This document shows, piece after piece, positions 37,262-51,362 of a DNA stretch of 64,000 bases. The DNA is from Penicillus capitatus (lineage: Eukaryota > Plantae > Chlorophyta), in NCBI GenBank assembly GCA_965649825.1, contig OZ287717.1, positions 1-64,000 of the forward strand. Reading direction: 5' to 3'. Numbering within the stretch: position 1 is the stretch's first letter; each line of letters starts with the position of its first letter. The notes beneath the pieces are model-generated. The model saw nothing but the letters and a program-made list of their open reading frames with translations, was not told the origin of the DNA and made no database searches. Both the position numbers and the translations under genes were made by a program.

Positions 37262-37290
37262 GCATTGCATTGCATTGCATTGCATTGCAT
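37262..37290. repeat. (GCATT)n microsatellite, about 5.8 copies
   Basis: Directly visible pentanucleotide tandem repeat. Confidence 0.9.
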
Positions 37291-38208
37291 GTCTTACACG
37301 CGATCCGTTGCGTGCTGCTGAGACGCGCTCGCTTTACATGAGTACGCGATGTCCCACAACAAGAATGGTGAAGGAGCACATCAAGTCAAGCAAGAGGCCG
37401 ACAGACGATTCAAGTGCAGTATAGTAGTAGTAGTGTCTACCAACCATGTTTATGATGTCACGGCCGAGATGGCCAGTGTCACTTCTGAAACTTGTCCTTT
37501 ACATGGGAATCCACTGGCACGTTGGAAATCAGGATTTGTCTTCTGGTCCAAAAGAGCATGTGTCTGTGAACAGAGTACACACTTATGGAAAATAAGACAA
37601 GCTAACGACGCCATAGACCAAAGACACGACATGATTGAAACACTGCTTTAATCACGACAAGACATAAACTCCAAGCAGACAGGCCAAGCTCAGAGTGCCC
37701 CGGGCAAAGGACTGCCTCAAGAGAACATAGCTGTCCCGCACTAGAACCCCATTTACGTTGTTTCATTGGCTCAGACTTCTCCCTCGTTCCTACTGATCGC
37801 AGAACATGTACCCACTTTATTCTGCAAAAAAAGACACTGAACTTATGATTGGCGTTGCTAGGGACAGACACGTGGAAGCATGGTCTCCAACAACAACAAC
37901 AACTCCAACTACGCCTGTCTCATCATGTTTTATAGTTACGATTGTCTTATCACAAAGTGATTGCACGCAGGAAAACATGACTCTCTGGGAGTTCCATGAA
38001 CTTGAGTGTTGTCTCGTGTATCGTCTGGTGTGCGTGGAGTTGTATTAGATAAGTCTGGAATACGAGCCATGTCTTTCTTGTGCTTAAGCAATTGGAGGAG
38101 ATAGGGAAAGAAAAAGCCATGTGTGAACTCTACCCCTACGTAATCGCTGCACTGAACGACAAGCGCAAAGCAAAGAACTTTTTTTCACTGAAACCTGCCT
38201 TTCGTCAC

Positions 38209-41200
38209 TTATCGATTTTCAGTTCTTCCAAGCAAAAAGATAGAAATCACAGAACGGTATATGTTTCGTGCAAGATTCCGTATGACAACAGATCGAGGCA
38301 ATTCGGATGAGCTGAGTCGACGATTGTACAGGCCTCTGTGTAAGGCCCTGATCATCCACCGATCAAAATACTTGTGTTCCAGATAGTGTGGCATGTATGT
38401 CCAGATGACGTGGTCCACGACCTGAAAAAGGGCAAACAAACAACAACAATACAGAGTAGTGGTGGATGATGAGGCACAGACAGACAGCACTTACTTTGGA
38501 GAACTTTGTTGCCGTCCTTTGGTGATGGAAAGCAACACAAGTAATCGTGACATACATCGTTGCGAATGCATATCTGACAATCAAGAGTCCGAGTGCTGTG
38601 CATTGAACGACTATCATGAACACTCCAACCTACAGCAGAAGACAGATCTTATGGATCATCATCCAAAGGCAGGGGGAGCGTATCAGCAGCAGACAATACA
38701 ACACCTTTTCGGCAAAAATGCATTGGTCATTCCTTGTGATGATGAAAAGGGAAACGTAGACCAAAAAGTCAGCGAGTTCCACCAGTAAAGCAACGGCCAT
38801 ATCGAAACGGTTCAGAAATGGTTTGCTCGTTCGGATCAAAGTGAGTAGCAGCAATGAAAGAGTGAAGAGACATATCATCACGGCAGAGCTATCGCGATCA
38901 TTCCCAACGGACCCAACAAGACATGCCAGGACGACCAGTTTGATGAGCTCGAGCATTTTCATGAAGAGGTGAAAGTGAAATAGAAACAGCTGACATCTAC
39001 GCTTGCTGATGCAAGGCAGTTTGACAGAATGAATGTCATCTGCCAGAACCAGCACTCCTCGATTAACGACGCCAGCGATGGGATCAAAGAGGTATGATGC
39101 TTCCCTATAAGAAGAGAGATGATCAACTGCTGAGTGCTGAAAGACAGAGAGGAAGATCGCACTCACTCTCGAATAACTGGAGGTCCTCGGTAGTCTTCAA
39201 AGAGATATCCAAATCTGGACACGAAATCTGTCCCCTCTGAACGTATGCCGACCCAATGCGCACTATTTCGCCTACGGCCGAGTAGTATATTGAGGAATGG
39301 TACGGCGAAGAATCCAGAAACGCATTGAAAGCAGTTGGAAAATGCTTCTAACGATGATGAGATCACAGAGCTCGTTGGAGAGACAGTGTGGGGTCTCGTA
39401 TACGAAGTCGTTGTTGTTGTGGTCTCGCTTTCATCGTCATCGTCTCCTTCTTCGCCCAAGTTGTTTCTTATTCCGACCAGAGATAATGGGTCCGCTGGTG
39501 GGACATTTGTGCCGGATGGACCTGGTGCAAAAGTAGCCATTTCTATCTGACAGCACAGACAAATGATGCTCGAGAAAAACAGACCAACGCACCTCCGGCG
39601 GCGGTGGTCCTTGAGGTAAATCAGCCTGTGGCGCGTCTGGCAATCGTCCTCTGCGCAATCTTGCGAGAAAGGCGGACGCTCTTCTGTAGTAGCTGGAGTC
39701 ATGTCGATAATATTCGCCAATTTCGATGAACATCTGGGCCTTCATCTCCGACAGGGGTAGATTCACAAAGTTGTCCCAAATGACCGACACATTCCAACAA
39801 AGGAAGGATGCCGGTAACGCGATCAACATCCAAGTTGCAATCAATGCCTCCCCTGCTGGATATGCATTCCTCAAATTGGATGGAACGCATCAAGGTTGAT
39901 CGATACTTACGTCTAGTTGCTTCGTAGAGGCCCGTGCTTGACATGACAATGGCTGGCACACAAAAGTAACCAAACATGATTTCCAGTCTGGGGACTGTAA
40001 AGAATACAGGGATGTCCCTTTTCCAACCAAAGAATATCAGAAGAGCAATAGCATGACCAAGCAGCAAGATCACAAACATGAGCGGCACCCAGAAGACGAC
40101 TCGATTGAAGTGTTCGACTTTCGCTGAGTCAATGCTCTCGTTTTCGTCGAGAAAATCTATTCCGCCCTCAAACTGACAAGCCCATCCATTTGATGTTTGT
40201 TTGTTTGTGTGTTTAAGAATTAAACTACCTGTAACAATCTTCTGATCGAGCTGCTTTCTTCTCCGTTTTCGGATTCCTGAAATGGCGCAGAACACACAGT
40301 TCAAGAGAACCCCTGTCGTCGGAGACTGACTCACTGCCGTTGTCTCTCTCGTATCAAACATTGACCAATTGAACTGCTCAGTGAAGTCTCTGTAGGTCAA
40401 CGGCACATTGGCCACTGCAAGTTTTCCTGTCATGTAAAGTTTTTGAGAGTATCCCAGCAACTTCATCGCCCCTGGATTGGTTGTACTCCCAAGGGACGAA
40501 CTGACTAAGAAGAACACAAGGATAGGGCATTGTGAACAGTGTGTGGCTAAGTGTTCAGTGCTTACTCATGGAGGCTGTAAGCGACATGACAATACTGCTT
40601 GCTGTCATTATCGAAAGCAGCTCTCCGATCGGTTTTGCGCGCTTGTACTTCTTTGAGCATAATTCATTGGTTTCTGAGGATGCGTCGTCAACTTCGATAT
40701 CAGCTGACGTGACTGGAGAGATTCCCATACTCTCGAGTGGTGGGCTCGGAGAGACAACACGGTCTATTCCATCACACGAGATCATTCCCATTTAGTTGCA
40801 TACATGACTCCGGTATCCCTCACCTTCTCGTGTACAAGTTGCACTTGATATGTTGATAGAATCCACAAGGATGTTTCCAGCTTTGTCCATCAAGCTTCCT
40901 TCGGGGACAATGAGCGTGACATTTGCATTTGTCCTTGCCGTTAGATATACGTCAACGTTCATGTGGAAGAGTCGCAAACTGAAGGTGGGACCTATCTCCA
41001 CGATCACTTCAGGATTCGTATCTGTGCCTTCTCCTTCTACTTTAAACACATCGGCCAACTCCTCTGTGCGCACATCAGTGAAGCATGCCCGTGAATCATT
41101 TGACAGATTAACTGAACACAACACAGGTACGTTGAAACAGTCATCCAAAGGACGACGGTGTGGGACGCACCTGCATTATACTGGGGACCGAGATGATTCA

Positions 41201-41900
41201 GACTAGTAGGGCATGTCGCATTCACAACCACGTAAATCCTCTCACTGAACTCCATATGAAATTGAATGCGACTAGTTTCCCCTTCCTCATCTTCTTCGGT
41301 GGATTCAGAAATAGAACAGTAGTGGCTGTTCATTCGTGGAGGAATCGTATCTCTCCTGATCTTGACCTCTTGCCTCCAGTTCGGCGTGGATGCACTGATG
41401 TTAAGAATACCGTCAGATGACAGGCCCTCCTCGATCGGTACAACGAGAACGTTTCCCCTATCCGTGCCAGTAATGTTCAACTCTCCTCCTGGTATTTCAT
41501 ACAATGTGCTGTGTCCACCAATCTACACAAATGCATGGTATAAAAAGTTCGAAGGGAGAGATACTGTACAGTCAAATTGGGTATCTGATCGAAGGGGACA
41601 GGCTCTCCTGTGTCTGTCAGATTTGCGATGTTCAATTTGAGCGTTCGCTGTCTTGTATGGATCACGACTGACGTTTCGTCAGGACAATCGTTTCCCGGCA
41701 ATGCAGAGATTAAGCTCTGACAAAGGAACCACGAATAAGATCCCCCCACGGGAGTCAAAGGACCAGTTTCCTGGCCGCTTTCCTTCAGACAAACCGCATA
41801 TGAGACTAAGGAAGAGGCACAAGTACGATACCCTGTACTCAACGAATTCATCGACCTGTCGTATATCCGGAAAAAGCACTGGGCCACCATCTGCTCCGAC
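38209..41900 (-). CDS. Ig-like ectodomain multipass membrane protein (TRP_N/PF06011-like; resembles the plant AT3G48200-type family)
   Basis: Ig-like strands (NVTLIVPEGSLMDKAGN, FHMEFSERI), LLGYSQKLYMTGKLA..P..YRDFTEQFNWS, several TM helices, FGYLFEDYRGPP and KPFLNRFD. Both ends are approximate. Confidence 0.65.
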
Positions 41901-42608
41901 AAAGACCCCCGGCGAATAAAAAAACTGAAGCTACATGACACAGTGGGTCAGAAAGCCTTCTTGCAGCGCCTTGAGTCTTGGCTGACCTGCACGAAGATTG
42001 TGAGAGCCTTTCTAAGCCATCTTTTTGGTCGAAAAGGGGATCTGCACAACACAACACCTCTCAGTAAACTGAGCAGCAAACAATTGCCAGTCCAGCAGAG
42101 TCCAAGCACCCCAAAGACAATGATGGCGCTAAACTCCTTCTCATTGACACGGCATTCATCGTAAACCTTCTCTTGCTGAGAAAACGATATGAAGACGGTT
42201 GCTTAACTATAACAAAACGAGAAGTGCTCGCTGATCCACTGGGCTTTGCGCTCGGCGTGTAACGAAAGCACCTCGTTCTCCTCGTGAGAGCTCACGACTT
42301 TCTGCTACACTGCTTTGGTATAATGCACTACCTCATGACAACAGAGCGACGAGCACTGGGCGAATCTTCTGCACTTTCATCACCGACGAGTCACTCCACT
42401 TGTTCTAGAGAGCAGCGTGTCAGGACAGCGTGCCAATACGCGAAAAGCGTTAGCAGACAAGGAAATGCAACGGCGGTTGACTGATATAAAGCGACATTAC
42501 GACATGAGCCGCGGAAACGCACTCCACGACACAATCGGCCTGTGGATGCTGGTGTGAGAGGGTATTATGGAATGGGCTGAGTGAGCTCTTACCACTCCAG
42601 GCGCGTCT

Positions 42609-43476
42609 TTACAGGAACAGTTCGTCCAAAAAACCGGCGACAGCATCGGATTCATCATCTTTATCACAAGTGGCCTTGTCTTGTTTCTGTTTCACCTCTT
42701 CATCTTGATCCGTTTTGGACGTCTTTTTCTTCTTGGAGTTCTTCTGCGCCTCCTTTCCGTGTTCTTTTTTCCGTTTACTGCCACTGCCCTTCTGTAATGT
42801 CGAGCAGATCTTCTCTTTGAGGACGGTGCGTCTGTAGTTCATCTTCTTGACGCATTTGGGACACAATCGGACTTTGACCAATACTTGTTTCTTGATCCCT
42901 TCCTCAGAGTAAGAGAAATTGATCTCATACGTACCCAACTCCTCTGTCAGTGCACAACGAGTGGATGCACAGATGAACTGTCCTTTTCCACGTTCCACCT
43001 CGTCTTTCGTTCTCCAGCGCGTTCCCAGACATCCATACTCGTATCTGGACAGCATACCAGTCGTGCAGCAGTATACATGCCATAATAACAATGATGGTGG
43101 TTTACAATGACAGATCGACGATACAGTACTCCTTGAACAGCCTCTCATAGTACTCCTTGGCAAGGCGATTTGCCCAAGCATCACATGAATGCTCACTCTC
43201 CTCGTCTGGCCAAATAAATCTGCGACGCAAAAGACTCAGAGAGAATTGAATGGGGGGTATCCTGACCAGTAAAGGTCACCCACCTCGTTACCTGTGCTGC
43301 CTTCGAATCTCTTCCTCTTCTTCTCGAGAGAAGAACCCGACGACTTCGTTGCTGCTGGCGGCAGGGACTGAGGCATGTGCTTTTTTCTTCTTTTCACTCA
43401 AGTGCCGTGCAATGAGGCGCCGATGTTTTTCAGAGGCGGACAAATCTCGAAAAGCACTGCGTTGCTCTTCCGTCAT
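42609..43476 (-). CDS. FRA10AC1: FRA10AC1 homolog (spliceosome-associated)
   Basis: RWRTKDEVERGKGQFICASTRC...YEINFSYSEEGIKKQVLVKVRLCPKCVKKMNY; upstream RLAKEYYERLFKEYCIVDL. The start may lie further upstream (to 43638). Confidence 0.88.
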
Positions 43477-43921
43477 ATCGAGTTGTCTGATCAGAGCTGG
43501 GATGACGCAATACGGTTCAATCGAACAGCATTGTTGACAATTCCTCCCTTGCAAGGCGAAAAGACGTGCGCACCCCGCGGGCTGTCCGATGCTTGTCGTG
43601 TCCAAATGTGTACGACATAGCCGACGACTGAAAGCCATGGTTCTGGCTGTAACGACTGGAATGTCTCTTGTGCACGATCAGAAATGCAGAAGAGCTATTA
43701 TGTGCATACATAACATGGATGGATACCCATTGCTTATAAAAGCTCGAGTCACGCCCAAGACATCCAACTTGCAAGAAACATGGTCACAAAGAGATCGATT
43801 GTATCATGGTCGGGGCTGCTTCTATCAAATATGCACCAAAGAAATCTGCTGCTGTAATTCCCAACTGACCAAAGCATCCCAAAATCCATCGCCGTTGCTC
43901 AGAAACAACAACAACAACACA

Positions 43922-44742
43922 TTAGTAATCTTCATCCACCTAGAATAACAATCACATATCCATGTGTAATGAAACCATGCTGTTCTAGAAACAGACCATA
44001 AGTCTCAGCGTATCTCTCAAGTCAGCGTGCTCGTCAGAAGACCGAAAATCAGCGATGGTGTAGGGTTCGTGCACGAACACCTGGTGGTGTCCCAAAACAC
44101 ACACACACATGATTGGCTGACTGATTCTCGTCGGTGTTGGATTCTACACCTTGCTGTCAACGTTAATGGTTCTTCCTTGCCACGTACAGTGATATGATTC
44201 GGACAGTTTTGTGAACAGTTTTTGTCCAGCTTCGATCACTTCAACCCTCGGCGCATGTCTCAATTCTATCTCCTATCGATCACTTGGTGGTTATTGCGGT
44301 AACTCAGAGAAGTGAAGCTCCATACTCGCACAGCTTCTTGCTCTCTTCTCATGCAATCCTCCAACCTCACGAATTCCAGAGCATTCTTCTTCATCTCACT
44401 CGGAGGGTCGACAGTTACGATTTCCTACAGAGAGATGCGAAAGGTGATCGTATTGAGCCAAATGGTGATGCCGGTGGCACTTCGATACAATCTGTCCTTA
44501 AAAATCTGTAAGATACAGATCCAGAATGCGAACCCTCTTCTGAGATGACGAGGAGACTTGTCAGACGATCGAATGTGAAGATAGTTCCGGACACCTCCTG
44601 TCATGTGAACGAAGGAGGATAACTCCAAAATAAAGAAGAGCTTCTGGCTCAAGGTACCTACCTCCCCAAGAGATGTCTTTATTGTAACATGACAGCCAAG
44701 GACCCAATCTTCATCGCTTGGCAAACCGCCGTTGGCTTGCAT
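43922..44742 (-). CDS. LSM12-like protein (Sm-like fold + anticodon-binding AD domain)
   Basis: Spliced DEDWVLGCHVTIKTSLGE|EVSGTIFTFDRLTSLLVI...GQKLFTKLSESYHCTWQGRTINV..|VFVHEPY matches the LSM12 pattern (TTLGDE..G..AYD; Q.IFDALSKT..V.W..I.V..V.PY). Confidence 0.72.
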
Positions 44743-44979
44743 GGTGGTCCCACACACTTGGCAATCTTAGAATGCGTACAGAGTCCGGATAAGAAAGCGA
44801 TAGCGTCGACAGTTGAACAGAATGTTGACGACCGAGCTTTTCCAGACTTTGTCTAGCCGCTTGAGTGGGATGGTCGCTTTGACTAGACGATGTCACATCG
44901 TGCATCGGACTGACAGCAAGGCACTGGTGTCCATACCGACATTCATGCCTGCTAGGAGTCGCCTGCCACGGAAATCTCA

Positions 44980-45488
44980 ATGGAATTTTCGTCGATTGCT
45001 CATCTGTCGGACGAACTGGTTTCCTGTAAATTCCCTGTGCAACGAACAGAACAACAAAGCCGATTTCTTTAACCGCAGTGGCATTGAACGAGATGCTTGA
45101 GCGTTTGGATTCGCCAGAAACGAAAGAAAAGCTGAAGACATCCAAAATCTCTGCCAAAGATGGTACATAGAATAAATCAAGCAGGGATATGCGGCACACT
45201 GACTGTATTTTGTTGACATAGACCTCATGGCAGTGATGACGGAAGTGATCCCTGTTGCTATCGAGTCCATCAAAGATGTTCTGCTGAAGTTAGATTTGCC
45301 ACCAGACACAGATGGTCCGTTCTTCTGATCTCTTATCTCCTCGGTCAACCGAATTTTGTGATCGAACGGAAGGACTGTTGTCCGTTCTGTACTATGTCCG
45401 ACGACATGGAGGCATGGAAGACACAGAAATCAAATTGACTGGCATCTGCGAAGTCCTTCTGCCCAAAGAGGTACGCATTCCCATTTGA
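44980..45488 (+). CDS. Protein C10 (C12orf57-like)
   Basis: Spliced LNEMLERLDSPETKEKL...AKD|DLMAVMTEVIPVAIESIKDVLLKLDLPPDTD|GLLSVL...EIKLTGICEVLLP matches the C10 pattern; the 3' end is uncertain. Confidence 0.65.
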
Positions 45489-45662
45489 TGCACCGTGTTT
45501 CACGAAGGTCGAATATGTGTTGGCCCAAAGGTGCTGGAGATGGTTACTGGACTCATTGCCTTCGATTGAAGAGCATTCATGCTCAAAATGGAAAGAATCT
45601 GAGATTTCTATCTATTCAAAAAAGAAGAGCAGAATTCCAAAAATGGTCCACTGTCTCTTTGT

Positions 45663-46088
45663 TCATAATCCACTTCTGCCCCAAACAACGATGGCAATGG
45701 ACATTGTGAAGGACACTGCTAGAGCAGCCCATCCTGCTTGAACAACTAGTGGCTCTCCCTAAATCCAAATCAGTGACGCGATGAAATGCATTCTCCTGAG
45801 CGACCTCTGCAAGAACCAGCACTTCCTGTGCCGCGGAAGCGACCTGTGGTAGAGTGCAGGCGACTGCTGTCAGACCAACAGTGGTAGCCGCGACCTTTTC
45901 TGCACTAGCGATCTGGAATATTAAAATGCTTGAGGGTGGCGAGACACTCTTAGGAAGATGAACCCTACCTTCTCTGATGCCTGTACAATGACGGCCCTTC
46001 GTGACAGAGATGGCCTTATGGCAGGAGAAGCCAGTGAGATCTTGGGGCCGGATAAGTTAGAAAACGTTGTTTTGGTCGACAACGACAT
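45663..46088 (-). CDS. PETN: Nuclear-encoded cytochrome b6f subunit VIII with plastid transit peptide
   Basis: Transit peptide MSLSTKTTFSNLSG..RRAVIVQA; introns 45913-45968 and 45759-45804; last exon GEPLVVQAGWAALAVSFTMSIAIVVWGRSGL* has the PetN signature WAAL...F..S...VVWGRSGL. Confidence 0.93.
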
Positions 46089-46179
46089 TTCCTCGGCGAA
46101 CACGCAAATCTCAACGTTTCCCGACCGATAAGGTGCACGTACAAAGATTGTAACAGCTAAAAGATCGATCGATCTTTAG

Positions 46180-49046
46180 ATGCGTCGTCATTTGGGACTC
46201 CGCACAGCACACCTTTGGTGGAATCCATTGTCTGTCACTCGGTCGACGTCGAACGATGGAAGAGGTGGTACGTCTGTATTTGTTCATCTCGTACATGTTC
46301 CAACCTTTCGAGTGGTGATGATCACAGGAATTGGGCCAAGACGGCTACGGTCCTGAGTATTATGTTATCGACGACACGGGAACAAAACACTTGTTTGGAA
46401 AGAACATGTCGAGGAAGAAGCTTTACAACCAAGTTCGTTATCCATTGAGGGAGGGATCCATCTCGGTGACATCTCTATTTCAGTCGGGGCAGCAAATAAC
46501 AAAGTCGTGCCATGTGTGCCAAGATCAACATATTCAATACAAGTGTCGCGCATCAGAAAAGTGTTCCTACTCTTTCTGCGACAGGTAGGCAGAGTGGACA
46601 GTCAGTCGTCTGTCCTTAAGTGTTGGATCTCTTGCTTTTCTTGGCGTCTTCGTTAAGGACAAGATCTCTGATCTGTGGTGTGTGTGCTAAGATGTGTGAC
46701 CAAGTATCATGCATCTCTGTCACTCGAAGAACTGGTTGAGAAGTGTCCTGTCTGTCGCGGCGTCTGTTCTTGTCGACAGTGTCTGCGAAAGATGTTCGAA
46801 CCCAAACTGGAACTTGAACAGAATCTCGATGACAACCTGGAGCATGCAGAATGGATTCTTTGCTGTGGAGGTCCATTTGTTTCTCAAATTCTCAGGCACT
46901 ATGATCAAGCTGTAAGGAATACAATTGAACGGATTTCAAGGAGTCTGTCGACATTCTTGTGATATAGGCTCGCAAGTTTGGCAAGAGCTTGGAGGATGTA
47001 GAGGTTCGGAGATGTCTGGATGCATTCATTACGTGCGATAACTGTTCAACATCAATTCCAGACCTGCACATGTTAGAGAATCTGCTTCGGGGGTACTTGT
47101 TTGTTAACCATGTTCATCTACAGGTGCTGTTGGAATTGCGCGAGCAACGGCGGTGAGGGCAAAGAGGTTTGTATGGAGTGCGTGTTGGAAAGTGAAGTTC
47201 TGGGGCAGCATGCGTTTAATGATATGGTTACATGCACGACGTGTGGAGGATTGCTCACTCTCACCAGAATGCTTTCGGATGCCATGTTGGAGTCGCTGAA
47301 GTGTATTGCACAGGTGACGGTTATCCCTGCGCTCGTGGTTAACCATCATGATGTGGAACTGTCAGAAGTACGGTGGTCGGAGAGATTACTCAGTCGTTCC
47401 TGTATTCTCCTATCCGTTTACAAGAGAAGGCGGTGCTGAGGTGGAATTGGATTTCGAGTATGCACCACATGACACTGTCAAGATTCAGTGTATTGTCAAG
47501 AAGCCTCGTGACATGCATTTGTTGTTGAGAGAGCTAACCAAAAGATCACAGAGGATTGTTAACAGGTTGGAAAAGGAAGTAAAAAAATTGGCCCATGCGC
47601 TGGAGTGGAGAGATGCTGGACACGGACATCGTGTACGCTGCATCGATGCTCTGCACTGTACAAGGAAAGAAGCGAATGCTGTTCTTCGCTTGTGTATCTG
47701 GAAAGGAGAACCACTCATTGTGAAGAATTGCAGAGGACTCATGGATTGGAGACCACAGGTCTGTCAGCCTCTCCGTTTGCTCATCATCCCTGAAGGCACA
47801 TACAACTCAGACAATGTCTCGATGCTTCGTTGATCGACGGAACCGCTACAAGCATTCTAAGAAACGAAGACATTCGCGAATGGACAATTCATCTGATGAC
47901 GATATGTCGGAAAAAGAGGACGACAGAGTTGGGCCCGACGATGTGTGTGTTGTGCAATGTACTCCAGCTTCCCCAATGGAGTATTGGCGACAGTGTGAGT
48001 TCTTCAACGTCTACGAAAAAGGTTCATTCTTGTTTGTTCTGTTATACTGTGTTGTGATGTCTGAAAGGCATGATGCAGGACAAGACAGTGACATGTACAG
48101 AATCAAGGATTGGCCGCCGGATGCGACGTTTCAAGAGAAGCTCACACGGCACTATCAGGTTCGCTCATGCCTGTCTTATTATGAAATTAGCCAGTCTCGT
48201 CGGCTGGGTGTCATCTGCAGGACTTTGTTGAAATGCTTCCATTTCAGGAATACACAAATCCTGTCTCTGGCATGCTGAACATGACAACTGCATTGCCAGA
48301 GTATCGATGTCGTCCAGATATTGGGCCAAAGACCTATCTAGGGACTGGCCGAATGGAGGAAAAGAACGATGGTACAGACAGCGTCACCCATCTGCATCTG
48401 GATATGACAGATGCATTTAATATCCTGCTTCATGCACAGGAGAAAAATCCAGAGGAATCAAAGTTGAGGATTCTGCACCACAGTTGCTCTCTCTCTTGAC
48501 AGAATGTCACCTGCCATTCAGAAACTGTGCAGCTGTGTGGAGTGTTGTCGCAAGAAAGGATGTGGCAATGGTGGCTGAATACTGCCGGAATCCAAATGTC
48601 ATATCCGAGAGGAAAACTTACCTCAGAGCCACTGATCGAGAAAAACTGGCGCACCAACACGATGCACAGATATGGACATTTGCTCAGTACGAGAATGATG
48701 CCGTCTACGTTCCGTCTGGATGTCCACACCAGGTTCGAAACACAAGATCCTGCCTCAAGGTCATTCCACTGCTGAATGAGAATACCCACGCAATCTGTTT
48801 GTCTGTTGAACTGCCAAGGTCGCTATTGACTTCTTTCCACCGGAGTCATCAGCCGTTGTCATGGAACTCGTTCAATATAGAAGGCAGTTTGCAAAGAGGG
48901 TCAAGAATGACGAGGAGAAGGATGTTGTAGATGGCTTGCAGGCACGTGCCACATTGATGTATGCATGCAGCGAAGCATATAAAATTACGAAGCGACAGCT
49001 CGATCAGTTTTCTGTGGTGAATGAGAAAAAAGCGAGGTTCGGTTGA
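46180..49046 (+). CDS. KDM3/JMJ25-type JmjC histone demethylase with RING-like Cys cluster
   Basis: SCHVCQ...CPVCRGVCSCRQCL; CDNCSTSIPDLH; WKGEPLIVKN..MDWRP; IKDWPP; LPFQEYTNP..GMLN; PDIGPKTY; HLHLDMTDAFNIL; AVYVPSGCPHQVRN. Start approximate. Confidence 0.9.
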
Positions 49047-49631
49047 AGTGGAACTTCGTCGTGGAAGTATTCTTTTGTTATGGAGGAAGTGGAAACATGT
49101 TGAGCAAGATCGTGCTTCCGGCAAGGACCTCATGGAGCTGGACTGACATGAGGACATGAATGGATGCGCCAAGCAGTGAACGAGCAATGAGAAAAGAGTG
49201 GGCGAGAGCTGTATGCTTTTGTGTGACAGACAGCCTAGCCAGTGTTACGGAACGGGTTCAATATCCACAATGAGTGAGTGACAGACCAGTTGTGGTTGCC
49301 GAGAGAAAAACAGGTGCCGATGAGGCAATCTGCCAATGGGACATAGTAGATACAGAAGCTCAAGAGCATTCCTAAATGCCCCCTGATCCATGCAGATGGT
49401 CGTGAAATCTCATCACTATCTTAACCAATTCGGTTAGATAGACCTCGGAACGGTCTCAAGGCTTTGTGCATGGTGAACAAGAAGATTCCGAAGTCGTTTT
49501 TATCTAGAAAACTTCTGCGCGAGACAGCACTGTTAGAGTGTTCGAATTTCACCTGGATGCCACCCACGTGTAACGATGTCTCTATTTCCAAACGGAAAGC
49601 CCTAACCGACGGTTTTGACAGCACAGCACAC

Positions 49632-49644
49632 AAATTGCGGCGCC
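49632..49644 (+). promoter_or_regulatory. Conserved upstream motif AAATTGCGGCGCC of paralog A
   Basis: Identical 13-mer lies 56 nt before the ATG of A and 53 nt before the ATG of B. Confidence 0.5.
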
Positions 49645-49700
49645 GCAAACGTGCTGCATTCGTTGTTTCTTTGCGAGTGGACTGACTTTCCAGACCGAAC

Positions 49701-51266
49701 ATGAAGACAGCACTTGTTCTCCTTCTCACTGTGAGTTTGCCGAATTGTCGCTGAGCTTACCCACACTACTTGCATCACACGCATCCCTCACGACGGTGTT
49801 TTTGAAGTGTTGTATCGCTAGAAGCTGTGGTGCAACAGAACAACGCCAATTCTCGCGAAAAACGCTTTCGTGGTCGTGGCCATGCTCGTCTCCTTCTCCA
49901 TCGCCGACCCCGACCCCATCTCCCCATTCTTCTCCTTCAACAAAAGGCAGAGTTGCGACTGTCGCCACAGCAAGGTCAACTGGCGGCACTTCAGAGGCCC
50001 TGGCCACTGCAACGTCAGAGGTTACGTACTTCTTTAAATGGAGACACGCCCGAATGAATTTTGAGTCTTTTAGGCATTCACAAAAGTCAGTAACAAACTC
50101 GTGGACTACTTCGAATACGCCTTCAACAACTTGGATGAAGACCAAGGAGACCAGACCACAGACGAATATTGCACAAACGCCTTGTCCATTCTGGAAAAGG
50201 AGCTCGAAGCCATTGGAGAGGTCACAGCATCTGCTTATTCTGAGGCCATCGCCACCGTCGAGATCTCTGGTGTGACTGCACTCACCAATCCACATACCCG
50301 AAAATGAACAAACTCATAGGCACCGGAGACGCCTGTGCCTCCGCAGAAGCAGCCGCAGGGTCACAGGCATCCGGTTTCGCAAAGATTGTTGCGAAGGCCG
50401 TTGTCGAAGCGTCTAACACCATTTCAGAAGCTAGAGCTGAAGGAGCGGTCGATGTCGTCATTGACGTCATTGCAGAGGTAGGAAGGGCCAAGTTCGTTTA
50501 CGCGATCGGCCAGTCACTTCGTTTCGATCATGTCTATTCAGAGAGATCTGTGCTACATTCCGTTGTGCTTAGGTGTTCACAAGGGCTTTCAGTGAAGCAT
50601 GCTTGGAGGGAGAGGGATCTGCCTCGGTCACGCAAAGCTCCTTTGCTGAAGCCATTATCAAACCTCTTGCATCCGTTGCCGTGATGGCAGTCGCTGAAGT
50701 TGATTGCGATGAAGGTCACACATATATCTAGAAAGAAAGAGCTTATGGAGAATGTGTGTGGTCATTTAGTCGAAGGGTATTCACTAGCAGAGGCAGAGAC
50801 AGGTGCCAGAGCTGAGGAAGATGTCAAAACAGAGACCGAAGGCGATGCCTCTGTTACAGGTAAAGGAGAAGATCCCTTCTCGGACATGTGCTACTTATTC
50901 TATATGTGTGTTTACGTTACAGGTAAAGGAGAAACGACAGGAGAAACGACTGCTGAAGCTGCTACTTCGGTCCTCGAACCCTGCATTGGGATATATCAGA
51001 TTTGCTGCGACGAAGTGGGCGACCTCTGTACTTGCAGTGAAGATGAAAGGTACGAGTGAAAGGATCTTCAGTTTGGCTACAATTTGATCGATAGAATGAT
51101 CGATAAATTCCACTTGGCTGTGTGATTGCCTGTTTTTGTGCTCACCTCTCTTTCTGTGTTTTGTAGCAAAAAGTGTAATGCTGTGCGTTTGAAGTATGAG
51201 AAAGGAACTTTTTGGAGAGATGAGGATGCAGAGGTGGACTGTCTGTGTCCCGAAAGGCAGACATAA
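49701..51266 (+). CDS. Ala/Glu/Ser/Thr-rich secreted protein with C-terminal 8-Cys module, paralog A
   Basis: Signal peptide MKTALVLLLT|..., SP/TP repeats, exon structure shared with paralog B, C-terminus C..YQICC..C.C..KKCNAVRLKYEKGTFW.D..CLCP. Confidence 0.75.
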
Positions 51267-51362
51267 GAGGAGTTCCTTCCGATACCTGATTTTCCAGACT
51301 CTGCACACGATTGAGTGTCCAATACAGAAGTTCAGCGTTGTTCTTCAATCTTCAAGCCGACT

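Noticed and set aside
37349-38310. Short plus-strand ORFs between PAM16 and the membrane-protein gene
   Set aside because: No recognisable motif or consistent exon chain; may be UTR or an unresolved small gene.
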